In this document: positions 52,850-64,000 of the stretch, one piece after another
Numbering within the stretch: position 1 is the stretch's first letter
Layout: each line of letters opens with the position of its first letter
From: Hormiphora californensis
Lineage: Eukaryota > Animalia > Ctenophora
Assembly (NCBI GenBank): GCA_020137815.1
Contig: CM035353.1
Location: forward strand, 7,936,001-8,000,000
Direction: 5' to 3'
Length of the DNA: 64,000 nt
The notes under the pieces: model-generated
Told to the model about the DNA's origin: nothing
The model's database searches: none
The model's input: the letters and a program-made list of their open reading frames with translations, nothing else
Translations under genes and position numbers: made by a program

Positions 52850-53600
52850 ATTTTTGATTTTGATTTTGATTTTGAACGTTCAAATGAATACAGAAACAAT
52901 ATCATGTACCCACAAGAACGAGGCAGGCTCACCGAATGAGCGCTTACACCGCCAAAACACTCTAAATCAAATAATATTGTATAGAAATAAATATGAATTG
53001 TCTGTCTCATTTCTTCTCATCTCTTCTTATCACACTACCTCTCACAATACCCCACTTAACGTGTGGCTCAGTCTCTCTCTGCTGCTTCAACTTAGAAACG
53101 AGTCTCTTTCTCTCACTCCTCTCTTCAACAGTCCTATCTGGGCAAATGTACACATCTTCCATTCCCTCCACTTCCCTCAGCATCCCAGACCTTGCCAGAA
53201 TAGAGCGTACCATATCTCGGTTGTGAAGTACCACCTTGACAGGCCGCTTCTTCCCTTCCTTCTTCTCGCCAAGCCTCCTACAGCTTACCAGTTTCGGCTT
53301 CTCATTCGTGTGTTCCAAAACATTTAGAACAACATCCTCAGTCTTCTCCTCTCCCTCAGACTCTGTCAACCCGTAAAAAATCAGGTTGCTGGATCTGTCT
53401 TCCACACTGGACGCCTTCACCATGGCTGCTTGTAGCTTCCTAGGGGCAAGCGATGCAATGCAGCTCTTCTTTACAACTGCTGCATAGCCCTTCAGTTCTT
53501 CTTTGACAGAAGACACCGTATCTTCAATCTTCTTGTTCTTCTCAGAGAGGAGAGAGCTCTGTAGAGATATCACCGTCTCCTGACAAGTTAACAGCGCTTC
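52850..53600 (-). mobile_element. 5'-truncated retroposon encoding only a LINE ORF1-like protein
   Basis: ORF 53007-53573: coiled coil, then NLIFYGLTE, RRLG...RPVKV, VYICPDRT..ER, typical of CR1/L2-type ORF1. A ~130-nt 3' UTR and (CAAAAT)n tail at 52850-52875 follow, with no ORF2. Confidence 0.72.
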
Positions 53601-53861
53601 TTGTTACTTATAACTCTGTATACTATTATGTAACGTGCATGGTGCCGACTCTACAGATGAATCAAATTACATGCTTCAAAATGCTAGTTTGTTATAGTCT
53701 GCACTAAACGAGGGGGACAGTTGATCTTCTGACTTCTCCTCCTCAAATTTACATCATACAATTTAGAAAATTTAGATACATTTTGTTGCTATCTCTTTTC
53801 CAAGCCCCTTACAGCATGTTTAGTCTTTATAGAAAGGCTAAACCCTATAACATCAGCAGAT

Positions 53862-55293
53862 ATGATGTCGAGTCACGTGGTTGATGCTAGTACTACTCAT
53901 CTACCAACAATTCATGTTACTACAGAACACCCAATACAGACTGAGTCACCAGTTACCCTTGACCAACTGCACACTGCCGGATATCTTCTTGGTACGAATA
54001 ATAATAATATAGTGAGGTTTCAGGTTAGGGGGGTTGACAAAAAGTATTCTTTTATTGCAGCTTTCTCACTTCTGACCATGATAATTTGGTTACCAATGGT
54101 AACCGAAACCCCTCCGCCATTTTCCAGGTGCTGTAACGATAGTTTCCTTGGTACTAAATGTATACACCTGCTTCGTTGTCCTCAGAAACTGGCGATCCTT
54201 TATTAAGGTACCTGACTAGCATCTCGCAACCTCTCATCACTGCGCTGGCAAGCGCAAAGGTGACCATCTCCTCCCCCCAGCCGTGCGTGCCAGAATGCAG
54301 TAATAACTTTTTTCACTTTTTAGCCAAAAATGGCATTTTGCGATGCCCATAGCGAAGCACCCACTGCACCAATCAGTCTGAAATTTGGTATACAGTGTCA
54401 AATAGTCTAGATCTACTGTAGTTTAAAACGGCAAGTCTCTATCTCTTTTAGTTTTAGAGATATGGCATCGTGAAAAAAGCAATAAGTGTCCCGGGTCTAT
54501 CTATGTATCTATCTATCTATCTATCTATCTATGGATAGACGCTGTTTTTACCAAATTTATAATCATTTTTGTGAGAAAACGACATAAGATAGACACTTCT
54601 CGTTTGTTGCATTCGAAAGATAATCGTTCACATTGTGTAGACGAATAGTTTTTATGTTCTAGGTCCAACCAGAACGTCTTGACTAACTGTCATAAAGATA
54701 AGAGTTTTTTCAAATCAACCAAATTTCTTTGAGCTCAATTTACACCCTGAAGACGGCTTCTGATTGAAAAACGGAGACCACACTTACGAAAGATAATCGT
54801 CTATACTTTCAGAAACTGTTTGATGAATTTGTGAAACTCTATTTCTAAGGGTCTCAAATCGCGTCTGAAGTGTTAAGACTGTATGAAAATAGATATGACG
54901 ATAATGCTTTTTTCGCCATAGCGACCTCAAATCTTGTCCATTCGATCTCAAACTTGGTCAGCATCTTTATCTAGATGAGCCTGATAATAATACATCCCTA
55001 TCTTGACGTTATAACGTCGTGACGTCACGCTATGACGTCATAATGACGTCAAAATTGAAATTTTCGTATTTTAGCGATTCCTGACGGTCTTTACACGTCC
55101 AGACATGTCTTACATTGTATTTCACATCAGAAAATACCAAAAATATACCCCAATTATGCCAAAAACTAACAGAAATTAGTTGGCTGAAAAGGTGACCACT
55201 TTTGTTGTCAAACTGACACCTTTGCCCGGCCCGGGTTACGAATATCATCGATGGGGTAAATCAGGGAGTTTGAGAAGAGAGAAAGATAGGGAG

Positions 55294-55364
<71 letters not shown>

Positions 55365-57670
55365 TAGAAATCAGAGAGGGAAAGATAATGATGAAACCCG
55401 GAGAGGGCAAAGGTGTCAGTTTGACAACAAAAGTGGTCACCTTTTCAGCCAACTAATTTCTGTTAGTTTTTGGCATAATTATACTATAACTAGTTAGTAA
55501 GTGGGAAGATGTGTGTGTCAAGTTGATCTATAAATTATAGAACAACTTGACACACTATCCTACTTACTAACTAGGAATCCCAGTAATACTATATAGAGAC
55601 ATAATAACAACTTGACACACACATCTTCCTGCAGTACCCATTTTGCCAGTCCAACATGTTGTGTATGTTCCTATCTCTGGCTGATATACTGCTAGCACTA
55701 CTGGTTGGGTTTCCTACCGCAATACGTTATCTGGACCCTGTGACAGAAAACGAGAGCTTCATCTTCTATGGCAGGTTTGGTAACATGCTCCTTCTAACTA
55801 TAGTCAAGTGTTTTGTTATGTTGTTTTGATGGTTGTGTTTTAGACACATAGGCCACCTTAACTAAAAAGTAAGATATATATTCACCCACTACTGCAGCTA
55901 CATAACCTATTTTATGATGGAGTTCCTGTTCATGTTACGGGTATTTGTGATTGTCGCAGTATCCTTGGATCGGACAGTACACATTCTTCGACCTTTGAGA
56001 TATAAATTCCTTGTGTCGCACAGTAAGTGAAGTATAGCAATAATTTATATCAGCTTCTCTGAAGCGTTCTGAAACTGCAAGTTTTAGGTTGACCTAGGTC
56101 AATGCTCTGACAGTTCTGAAAGCGATACTGCCTCGAACTAACTAAACTGACAGTGGTCATCCGACATATTCCGACGTGAAATTCGACCTGAATCTCGACC
56201 TGGAATGCGCCACGCATCAGAGAGATGTGCCGCAGTAAGCAAATGATGTCGCGCTTCAACTCTTCTCTCTCGTTAGTCTTTGTGTCTCTCTCACTACGAA
56301 TGTGCGCCTCATTCCAGGTCGAGATTCAGGTCGAATTTCACGTCGAGGTATGGCAATTATGTCGGATGACCACTGTAAGCCCGATATTCGGTTAGCGATC
56401 ACACTGAATTTGGTTAGTCGAGCTTCCCCAAAATAGTAATTACTTCCAGTATACCTCGTCTAAACCTTTTGCCAGGAGTGACTGTTAGTTTGGTATGTTT
56501 TCTTTTGATGCTGCCAGTACTGTCCAGAGTGATTCCAAACATTGTCTATCTCTGTCTCAGTAAGGATCCTGGTACGTACAAATCTCGCTACAATCTTACC
56601 ATATATGAATACTTGTGATACACGTGTCATGTTCTATCGTTAGATTCCGTAGTTTAGAATGTATTTACTTCACTGTTATCTCAACAGATATGGATGATGC
56701 AGATCAGCTGCTGTGTTTGAGGTTCATGGACCCTGATGACAAGAACACCACTCACGGGGAAAGAATGTTAATGGCAACCTACAACATTCCAATCATGTGC
56801 TACATACATGTAGACAAGAAAGCAGCTATTTATGTAAGTTACCTTACTCAAGAGCTACTTGTAGTGGGAATAACCGCACTTTTGTGCAAACTTCAGCTAC
56901 ATTAATCATTATTCTCCAGTAATTTGCCGTCAAGCTTAACTCCAGTTCAGTATGCTTATTTTCCACTGATATATACGTTAGTTCCAAAAGTTAGATTATG
57001 ATATAAGACAAATTACATTTTCAAGGGTGTCCTGGATACGGTTATGCAGATTGAAGTTGCATTCTTTTGGATGATGATTGGTTCTACATCCATTCTTATT
57101 GTTGTCTCTAACATCATCATCATCACTGTCGTACTGGAGAGAATGTCAAAAACTGGAACACTCGGAAAAAACACAACAGCTGATGAACAAAAAAGGTGGG
57201 AAATACGTTCATTATCAAACTGCCACCACCCCCATCCCCACGGCCCCGTGCTGCCATCTCCCTCCAAACCCAACACCACCCATCCATCCAGAAGAACACA
57301 AAGAAGCGTGATAAAAATCTCCATGGCGACTGCAATCATGGCATTTGTATTTCTCTTAAGTAACCTTCCGTACACAGTTATGCTACTCCTTGAACTGATG
57401 GATCAGGAAAATATCGTGAAGAAACACATTGATGTAAGATGTAACTCCCGTTATAAATCTTCCCTCTTCAAGCTGCTACTTTTCAGTTGTAAAACCATTC
57501 TTAACCTCAATAAATCTCCCACACTTTTCCAGACTAACCCGATCGTGAGACTATACTGTACCCTTACAATGTTCATTTCCCTACTGGTGAACCCCTGGCT
57601 CTATCCACTGCGAATGGAAACCATTAGAAAGTATGCCCAAAGTATGCCAGCAAAAGTACTAAATAAGTAA
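53862..57670 (+). CDS. Multi-exon rhodopsin-class GPCR
   Basis: TM2 FLSLADILL (~55634-55773), TM3 VSLDRTVHILRPLRY (~55898-56022), TM5-6 (57024-57430, LSNLPY), TM7 VNPWLYPLR (57533-57670). Start at 53862 and the TM1 exons are tentative. Confidence 0.78.
54200..55480. repeat. Intronic interspersed repeat with (TATC)n, plus a 76-bp inverted duplication around (GA)n
   Basis: 55152-55227 (AATTATGCCAAAAACTAAC...CCTTTGCCC) is inverted at ~55405-55480. (TATC)n at ~54497-54530. Confidence 0.5.
56151..56375. mobile_element. MITE
   Basis: TIR CAGTGGTCATCCGACATA / TATGTCGGATGACCACTG and inner inverted repeat CGACGTGAAATTCGACCTGAATCTCGACCTGGAATG. Confidence 0.75.
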
Positions 57671-58862
57671 AAAAGTTATGAGATCTGATCAAGAATTCGC
57701 TTTTCTGCTAGGGAAGATAATCAGAAAATACTGGCTCTTGAAATAAATTCTAAAGACTTTTGTGTGCCCAACAGGTTTTTCCCGTGCTTTAAAAAGACGC
57801 CTGAAGGACAACAAACATTCCGTTCACCAAACACAAAACGTGCAACTATGGTTTTCTGTGAGTGCCTTTACAGCTGAATTAAAATAGGGGTTGAAACTTT
57901 TTATTTTTGGATGAACTTAGTAAAGATCCCAACTCATATAATAATTTAATTTCAGCGCTCAGAGAAGGAAACTCATTCAGCCGGAAGAGTCCAATTCTAC
58001 GGCCCGCGAATGGTTTGAACTTTAACAACCTCTGTTCAGCATCACCGACAAAAACATCTAAAGTCAATCTAATATCTTGCAGCTCAGGTACGTATTCTAC
58101 TGCACTGTACCTGTTTTAGCTATAATTTTAGGGCTGATATTGTATTAATTAGCGCAGCTAATATACCTGATATAGTAGGATGGACCAGAGCATCAACTAA
58201 TGAGCAACTTTCTTTCAGAGGCATTAGAGCCAGGGTTGAAGAGCAGAAGTGTCGTGAGCTCTAATGGTAACAATGAATCAAAACTTTAGTTTTTTCATCT
58301 GGACAGAGGTAGTTTGCAAGAAGACTTCCATTACATGGCCTGTTTAGAGTTATTGGGTAGTAAGGGCCCTTCAACAAGTTTTAGATTTCATAGACTGAGT
58401 GATAAGAACTCCGATTTCTTTGGAATAATATAAAATATTAAGACGTGAATTATTTATTAATGTGACAAATACCGATTATTTTAATGGAGCTGTTAGTTAG
58501 TTGACGTGAAAACAAATTTTATCCTATTTTCAACTAATGTGTCTTTTCAATACAGACGTATTCTTGCAATTTTTACTATTCGAAATAAGACAATGTTGGC
58601 TGAAAGGTTTTGTAAACAACAGCTGTATCTTATCTTTTATCGAATGAAACACAACCCGCACAGTTTTCACATGTTACTTTCAGCTGAGGTTCTAGTTGCA
58701 TGGTAAACGTTTTGCCTCTTTGAAATACTGCACAATGTTTTCATAACGAGTATTTCAAATGCTTCCTCAATGAAAACTGTCCTCTTCTCACACAAGGGTG
58801 AGCGTTTAATGCGAAGATCCGGTAGTTATTATAATAGTTTGACGTTACTTCTTTTCTAGATA

Positions 58863-59744
58863 ATGTTGCCTTCTACGCACCACTATGCCGATACATATCT
58901 AGCAACTTATAAACCATCCCTTATAAAGGACTTCACTGCACAAGGCTATGTTCTGTTCCGGTCCTTTCTCAAAGAATCCGAGATCAAAAACATTAAAAGA
59001 GTGTTTGAGGAGACGGATATTCTCTCCCGTCACGGGTATAAGATCCCGGACAGCACTGGCAGATCGCCAAGGATAGTTCTCTGGAATGCACCTGGGAGTG
59101 ACGTCACGGGGATGTTGGCACGATGCCAGAAAGTAGTGGAGACTGCCGAGCTACTGTTAGGAGGGAAGGAGGTGTATCATTACCACAGCAAGTTGGTGGT
59201 GAAGGAGGCCCGGGTGGGAGGCAGACAAGAGTGGCACCAGGACTACGGGTACTGGTACAATAACGGGCTGCTAACTCCTGATTGTCTAAGTGTTTTCATA
59301 CCTCTTGACCGGTGTACTAAAGAGAACGGATGTCTGCAGATTATAGCAGGATCTCACCATTGTGGTAGGATAGAGCATGCCATGGTGGCGGGTCAGACTG
59401 GAGCTGACAATGCCAGGGTAGATGCCATCACATCGGATGTGAGGTTCACTCATCACCATGTGGAGATGTCACCTGGTGATGCTCTATTCTTCCATGGTAA
59501 TCTTCTACACATGAGCGAACAGAACGACTCTGAGATGGAGAGGAGGGCCCTCATACTAGCATACAACAGGGCGGATAATGGGGCTGCAACACCTGAGGAG
59601 GCTAAACATCACCCCATGTACAGGCCCCTTGATGTTGTTCCAAACAGTGCTGTTGAGGAGTGTGAGAATTACAGTGACTTTACTGGCAAGGAGTTTCTGG
59701 ACTTTGCAAAGGATGAAACTTGTAATGCAACTCGAGATGACTGA
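58863..59744 (+). CDS. PhyH-family Fe(II)/2-oxoglutarate dioxygenase (ectoine/proline hydroxylase-like)
   Basis: Intronless 293-aa ORF: GYVLFR, HSKLVVK, WHQDYGYW (HxD), ENGCLQIIAGSH, PGDALFFHGNLLH, N.S...RR. Confidence 0.92.
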   Translation: MLPSTHHYADTYLATYKPSLIKDFTAQGYVLFRSFLKESEIKNIKRVFEETDILSRHGYKIPDSTGRSPRIVLWNAPGSDVTGMLARCQKVVETAELLLGGKEVYHYHSKLVVKEARVGGRQEWHQDYGYWYNNGLLTPDCLSVFIPLDRCTKENGCLQIIAGSHHCGRIEHAMVAGQTGADNARVDAITSDVRFTHHHVEMSPGDALFFHGNLLHMSEQNDSEMERRALILAYNRADNGAATPEEAKHHPMYRPLDVVPNSAVEECENYSDFTGKEFLDFAKDETCNATRDD

Positions 59745-60326
59745 TGTACTGGTAAACTGACTGTCAGCTGCCAATGCTCTGACCGCGGTTCTCGCGAAAG
59801 AAATGAGAATAGGGTCCTGGGTCAGGCATGACAATAAAATACAAACTTGTCAAGATTTTATTCCATTACACCAACCGTTTTCTGATTATACCAAAATGTT
59901 AAAAGACCTTTTTCAAATGTTGTTTGAAATATAAAATAAATTATCAGTCCATGTTGAATCATTTCACGGGCACAAACACACAAACACACAGACACGTTCA
60001 TGTCAAATAAAAACAACAGAGTTCTTGATCTTTGTTTCCTACCCAAACAAAGTCTTCCACATCATCTTCTCCAAAAACCATCATAACACCCTGAGATTTT
60101 CTACCAAAAAACTCTAAATGAACGATTGATAGAAAACCAGTTTCGCATTTTTAAACTTAAAGTCCATAAATTGTTGGAAACGCTTCGTATATCATTTCCG
60201 AATTTTCATCTTCCAATCAACAAGTTGCAGCGCTGAGTTGATTAATATTTACATATTGTTCTTCATTTCAGCTCCTCCCTTGGCCTCGTAGTTTGAACAC
60301 TTCCTAGGACATACACTACTACTGCG

Positions 60327-61179
60327 TCATCCACATATCAACAGATATACCAGCAAAATGACCGTTGAGAATATTGTCTTTGCTGCACTGTTATGAATCA
60401 CTGTTATAGACTCTGCACCATTACACAAAGGCTCGTCACACAGCCACGCATCACAGGGTTTTCCTTGAAGCTTTTCCGCCTGGTGACATATCTCATCTGG
60501 CGGGGGGCAGGGGTGTCAAACCACAAAGTGAAATGGTTTATTAAGAGGTGGTAATTTGAAATGTTTAAATTAGATGCTATATCATACTGTGTAAGGTGAG
60601 GAATTAGCATATATGGTCATCTTAAAAGTTTAAACTTCACTTTAAACATTTCAAACTAGATTGAATTTACCTGCTATGACGTCTGCAATGGGCGAGCATT
60701 CTCGAATCACCATAATCACATCATCAGCCTTGTATTTGATCTGAAAACAGACAAAAATTTTAATTAACTGCCCCAGAAACTAAAAATAAAAAAACCAGTG
60801 AACCATAAAATGGAACCGAATTGAGAAAAATGCTATTAAACTGTCAATTAGCCAGAGGAGAATTAGTCTTTACCTTAGCACATTGTTTAAATGAGCAACT
60901 CCTATCAATTGTCTGGCAACTGTCTGCATTCTCCAGTGTCGTCTCACACTTATAGCACTCAAATCGCTCATCGTCTTCTGGAAAACAAAGTAGCTCAATT
61001 TAAAGTACTAGTAGCTTACTTGTATCACATGACATACAACACCATATATGGGCATCACGTGACATAAAACACCATATATGGGCATCACGTGACATACCTG
61101 GTTGCGTTGTGACGATCTGACCAGTGGAGAGTCCAGCGAGTAAGGAACACACGTAGAGGAGGTCAAATATCCGTAACAT
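60327..61179 (-). CDS. Ly6/uPAR (three-finger) GPI-anchored protein, 4 exons, 141 aa
   Basis: Exons 61098-61179, 60874-60977, 60671-60740, 60327-60496 are in phase. Signal peptide MLRIFDLLYVCSLLAGLSTG; ten Cys from ECYKC to CDEPLCN; hydrophobic C-terminal tail. Confidence 0.85.
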
Positions 61180-61846
61180 GATCCTGTAGCGCTGTGATCT
61201 GATCTCACAACCATACCATAACTTGATACTAGGAGGAATAGTTGATTGGGGTAAATATACAGTAGTAAAGAATGATTTTTACGGCACTATATAGGATTAA
61301 AATTTCCACCTCAAAACAAAAGGTTTAGTTTTTTTGAATAATGTACAACTTTTGTTACCGTCGCCAAATGTCAACCCACTGCAGAGGAGGAATTCTCGTA
61401 ATTTAATTTGTCATCTTTCTACACGATGACCCAACTTTAGTACCGGAAATAAATCAAGTTTAATGAATTATTGAAAAATAAGTGGCCACTTTACACGTAT
61501 TATAGTGAATCTTCTTCTAGTGATCTTATTCTTGAAAACTGAAAACACCTGTGCTCTCTTATAATTATTGTCTTCTACCGCTGATGTCTTTCTAGTGTTC
61601 TCTCACTATCTCTCTCTCTCTCTCTCTCACTATATCTCTCTCCCTCTCTCCCTCTTAGACACGTGTACTGAGTGCTATGAGAACGGCACTCCTGAAAGAG
61701 CCTCCATGTTTTACATCTACCCTACCCGGCCTGTAAAATATAACCTCCATTGTTTTGCTTGACCCTGTTTCCCTGTGTTGGAAAATAAAACAAAATAAGT
61801 ATTGCCTTCCTCTCCCAGTATTTATGTCTATTTCTCTTTAGATAAC

Positions 61847-62800
61847 ATGGCAATTTTTGTTGATACGTTCAGCAGGACCTCCCCAGAAGAGGTCATATGG
61901 ACATTCCCATCCTATTTGGACCCCCTCTTCCTTGCTCTGGTCGTCCTCCTGTCCCTGCCCGGTATTCTCCTCAACCCAATTGTAATCAAGTCCCGGATTG
62001 CCCGGATCTCCAACTCTATTCCGGCTCTACTGATAACCTGTCTTTGTGGGGTGTATCTTGTCCTTGGTGTGTTCATTTCTACCAGCTGGACCTATTTTAT
62101 TGTTAAAGACACCCCAAATCAGGACTTCTACTATCATAATGCAACTGCATTTGATCAGGTCTACACTTTCATGTACTACTCGGGAAATCTCTGCTCTACT
62201 GCTCTGCTGTATCTTATGGCGTTCTCCCGGTATCGAGCACTCGTGGACCCATTTGATCCTGTCCAATACAAAGAGATCTTGAGAAAAGTTATTGGCTTTG
62301 GTATTGCAACTGTAGTTATGTGTCTGGCTGCAGCCTCTGTTACTGTTTTTACCGCCGATGATTTGCTATTAGCCCCAAAGTTTAGCCAGGTAGTTGATAG
62401 CTACTGGTATATGTTCACTGATCTATTGATGCTAGCTCTCCTTATCTCCTCTCTGGATCACACATGGCGGACTATTAAATTGTTGCGTCAAGCAGACGAC
62501 ACACCTGAGGAGACCAGAGAGCAGCGGAGGAATGGTGTTAAGATGGTGTTAGTCCTGGTTGGAGGGCAGATAGTGCAAGTTATCCTTGGAATTATTTGGC
62601 TGTTTACCCGCGGGCCATACTTCGAGGTAACGTTGTATTGTCTATTCCAGTGTTTCCAGGCAAGTTACACTGCAGTTGCCCTTCTGGTTGTGGATAAAGG
62701 GACTCAGTCGGAAGTGCGGAAAATGCTGGCCTCTGTGAATAAACCGGAAAATAACAACGAGAGTGCTGTGGTAACAGCCATAGAAACTGTTCTGGAATGA
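61847..62800 (+). CDS. Intronless divergent 7TM GPCR
   Basis: GILLNP in TM1, MAFSRYRALVDPF after TM3, seven hydrophobic stretches. ATG at 61847. Confidence 0.85.
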   Translation: MAIFVDTFSRTSPEEVIWTFPSYLDPLFLALVVLLSLPGILLNPIVIKSRIARISNSIPALLITCLCGVYLVLGVFISTSWTYFIVKDTPNQDFYYHNATAFDQVYTFMYYSGNLCSTALLYLMAFSRYRALVDPFDPVQYKEILRKVIGFGIATVVMCLAAASVTVFTADDLLLAPKFSQVVDSYWYMFTDLLMLALLISSLDHTWRTIKLLRQADDTPEETREQRRNGVKMVLVLVGGQIVQVILGIIWLFTRGPYFEVTLYCLFQCFQASYTAVALLVVDKGTQSEVRKMLASVNKPENNNESAVVTAIETVLE

Positions 62801-63081
62801 TATGTTCCATGTAGAACAAGGAACTGCAGTGCCTGGACACTGTTATAATGATAGTACATGTAGAGTGGTTTCGTGACGATATAGTGGAACAAAACTAAAC
62901 TTAGCTGACTTAAGAGATGCATTTTCATTTGAAACACTCGTAAGCAAAATATATTTGGAGTGCCAACTTTCAATATCAAGCTCAGAGTACTTGTACTTGT
63001 AGTAACACATGTGTCTTGCTCTATATATAAGACACCCCTGGACTTCAGTTCCAAGATGAGGATTCGAGGAACCGCACCCCT

Positions 63082-63172
63082 CTCAGCACCTGCCACCCGT
63101 CATAACTCATAGCACCTGCCACCTGCCAGTCTGCCACCCCTCATAGCACCTGCCACCCCTCATAGCACCTGG
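63082..63172. repeat. Short degenerate tandem repeat CTCATAGCACCTGCCACC
   Basis: About four imperfect copies. Confidence 0.65.
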
Positions 63173-64000
63173 TGTCAGTCAAGTGATAAGTTATAGCGAG
63201 GCCCAAATTGTAAAGAAGCTCTAAAACACACTAACTGAAGATGAGCTATATATGCGTATAAAAAGCAGGGAGAGTTCATTTGATATATAAAGAGTCAAAT
63301 ATATATAGTGTCAGAGAGAAATATTTACACAGCTGTGCGTCCTAGAATTAGTATAGAGTGATTAACTATAATTATTGTAAAAACTACACGGAGCCGAAAT
63401 GTAAAATCTCAGCCACGTAGAATCTAACTTCAATGGAAGGTAGCCGGGCTACTAAATTTAACGGAAGAGAGAGAGGAGGTATTACAAGTTATTCGAGTCA
63501 TTACTTAATTTACTGGCATTATAAATGCAGAGAGACAGCCTAGAGTACAGTCTGTGCTATATTGACTATGCAACAGTTATATCACAAACTTCAATGTATA
63601 AAGAGCGAATATTCAACGAGAAAGGGTATAAAAGCAGGCCAGAGAGAGAAGCTGCTGTAAAACATCTAGGCCCACCCAGCTACACTGTGGAAGTACTACT
63701 TAATTAGCAATTAATTGGGCGCAGGAGGGTGTGGGCAAGTAGAATGCAAATACTTCGCGTGTTATATATATTCATGTGTGTGAGTGTAGAGGTGTGTTAG
63801 ACTATTGCAAGGAGGTGAGAGAGGTGAGAGTGTCAGTTATTTTGACACCAAACATGGCAAACTGTAAAATGTGCACAAGCAACATATGAAACATGTTCAT
63901 GTGTTGCTCCTGTATAGCTTCATGTCGTTACGACGTTGTGGGCACACGTGTAAAACAATTGAGCTGATTTCAATGGTGCTAATTCGACAATGCTGCTTCA

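Noticed and set aside
57879-58420. Possible small minus-strand spliced gene
   Set aside because: One plausible terminal exon, but no recognisable homology and no consistent upstream exon.

Overview
Eukaryotic (animal) genomic DNA with spliceosomal introns. It is gene-dense and repeat-rich. Nested intronless GPCRs and acceptor-like AGs just before start codons suggest a non-bilaterian invertebrate such as a ctenophore, but that is inference only. Main contents: a 3-kb foldback element (558-3545); an apparently intact L2/CR1-group LINE (4637-~9360); a ~9-kb homopolymer-inflated stretch that is probably a sequencing artefact (~10.9-19.75 kb); the 3' part of a multi-exon anoctamin/TMEM16 gene (20387-34234) with antisense GPCRs and several transposons in its introns; an MFS transporter; a secreted repeat protein; a secreted LRR-TIL-thyroglobulin-VWD-like protein whose intron holds two divergent tRNA-Gly(GCC) genes; several MITEs; an ORF1-only retroposon; two more GPCRs; a PhyH-family dioxygenase; and a Ly6/uPAR protein. 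The most striking signals are (1) repeated tandem duplication of 3' splice-site/exon-start junctions, up to ~30 decoy acceptors before one anoctamin exon, and (2) a LINE whose ATG-less ORF2 overlaps ORF1 in the -1 frame at an in-phase A AAA AAC slippery heptamer. Exon coordinates were read by eye and need RNA-seq confirmation.
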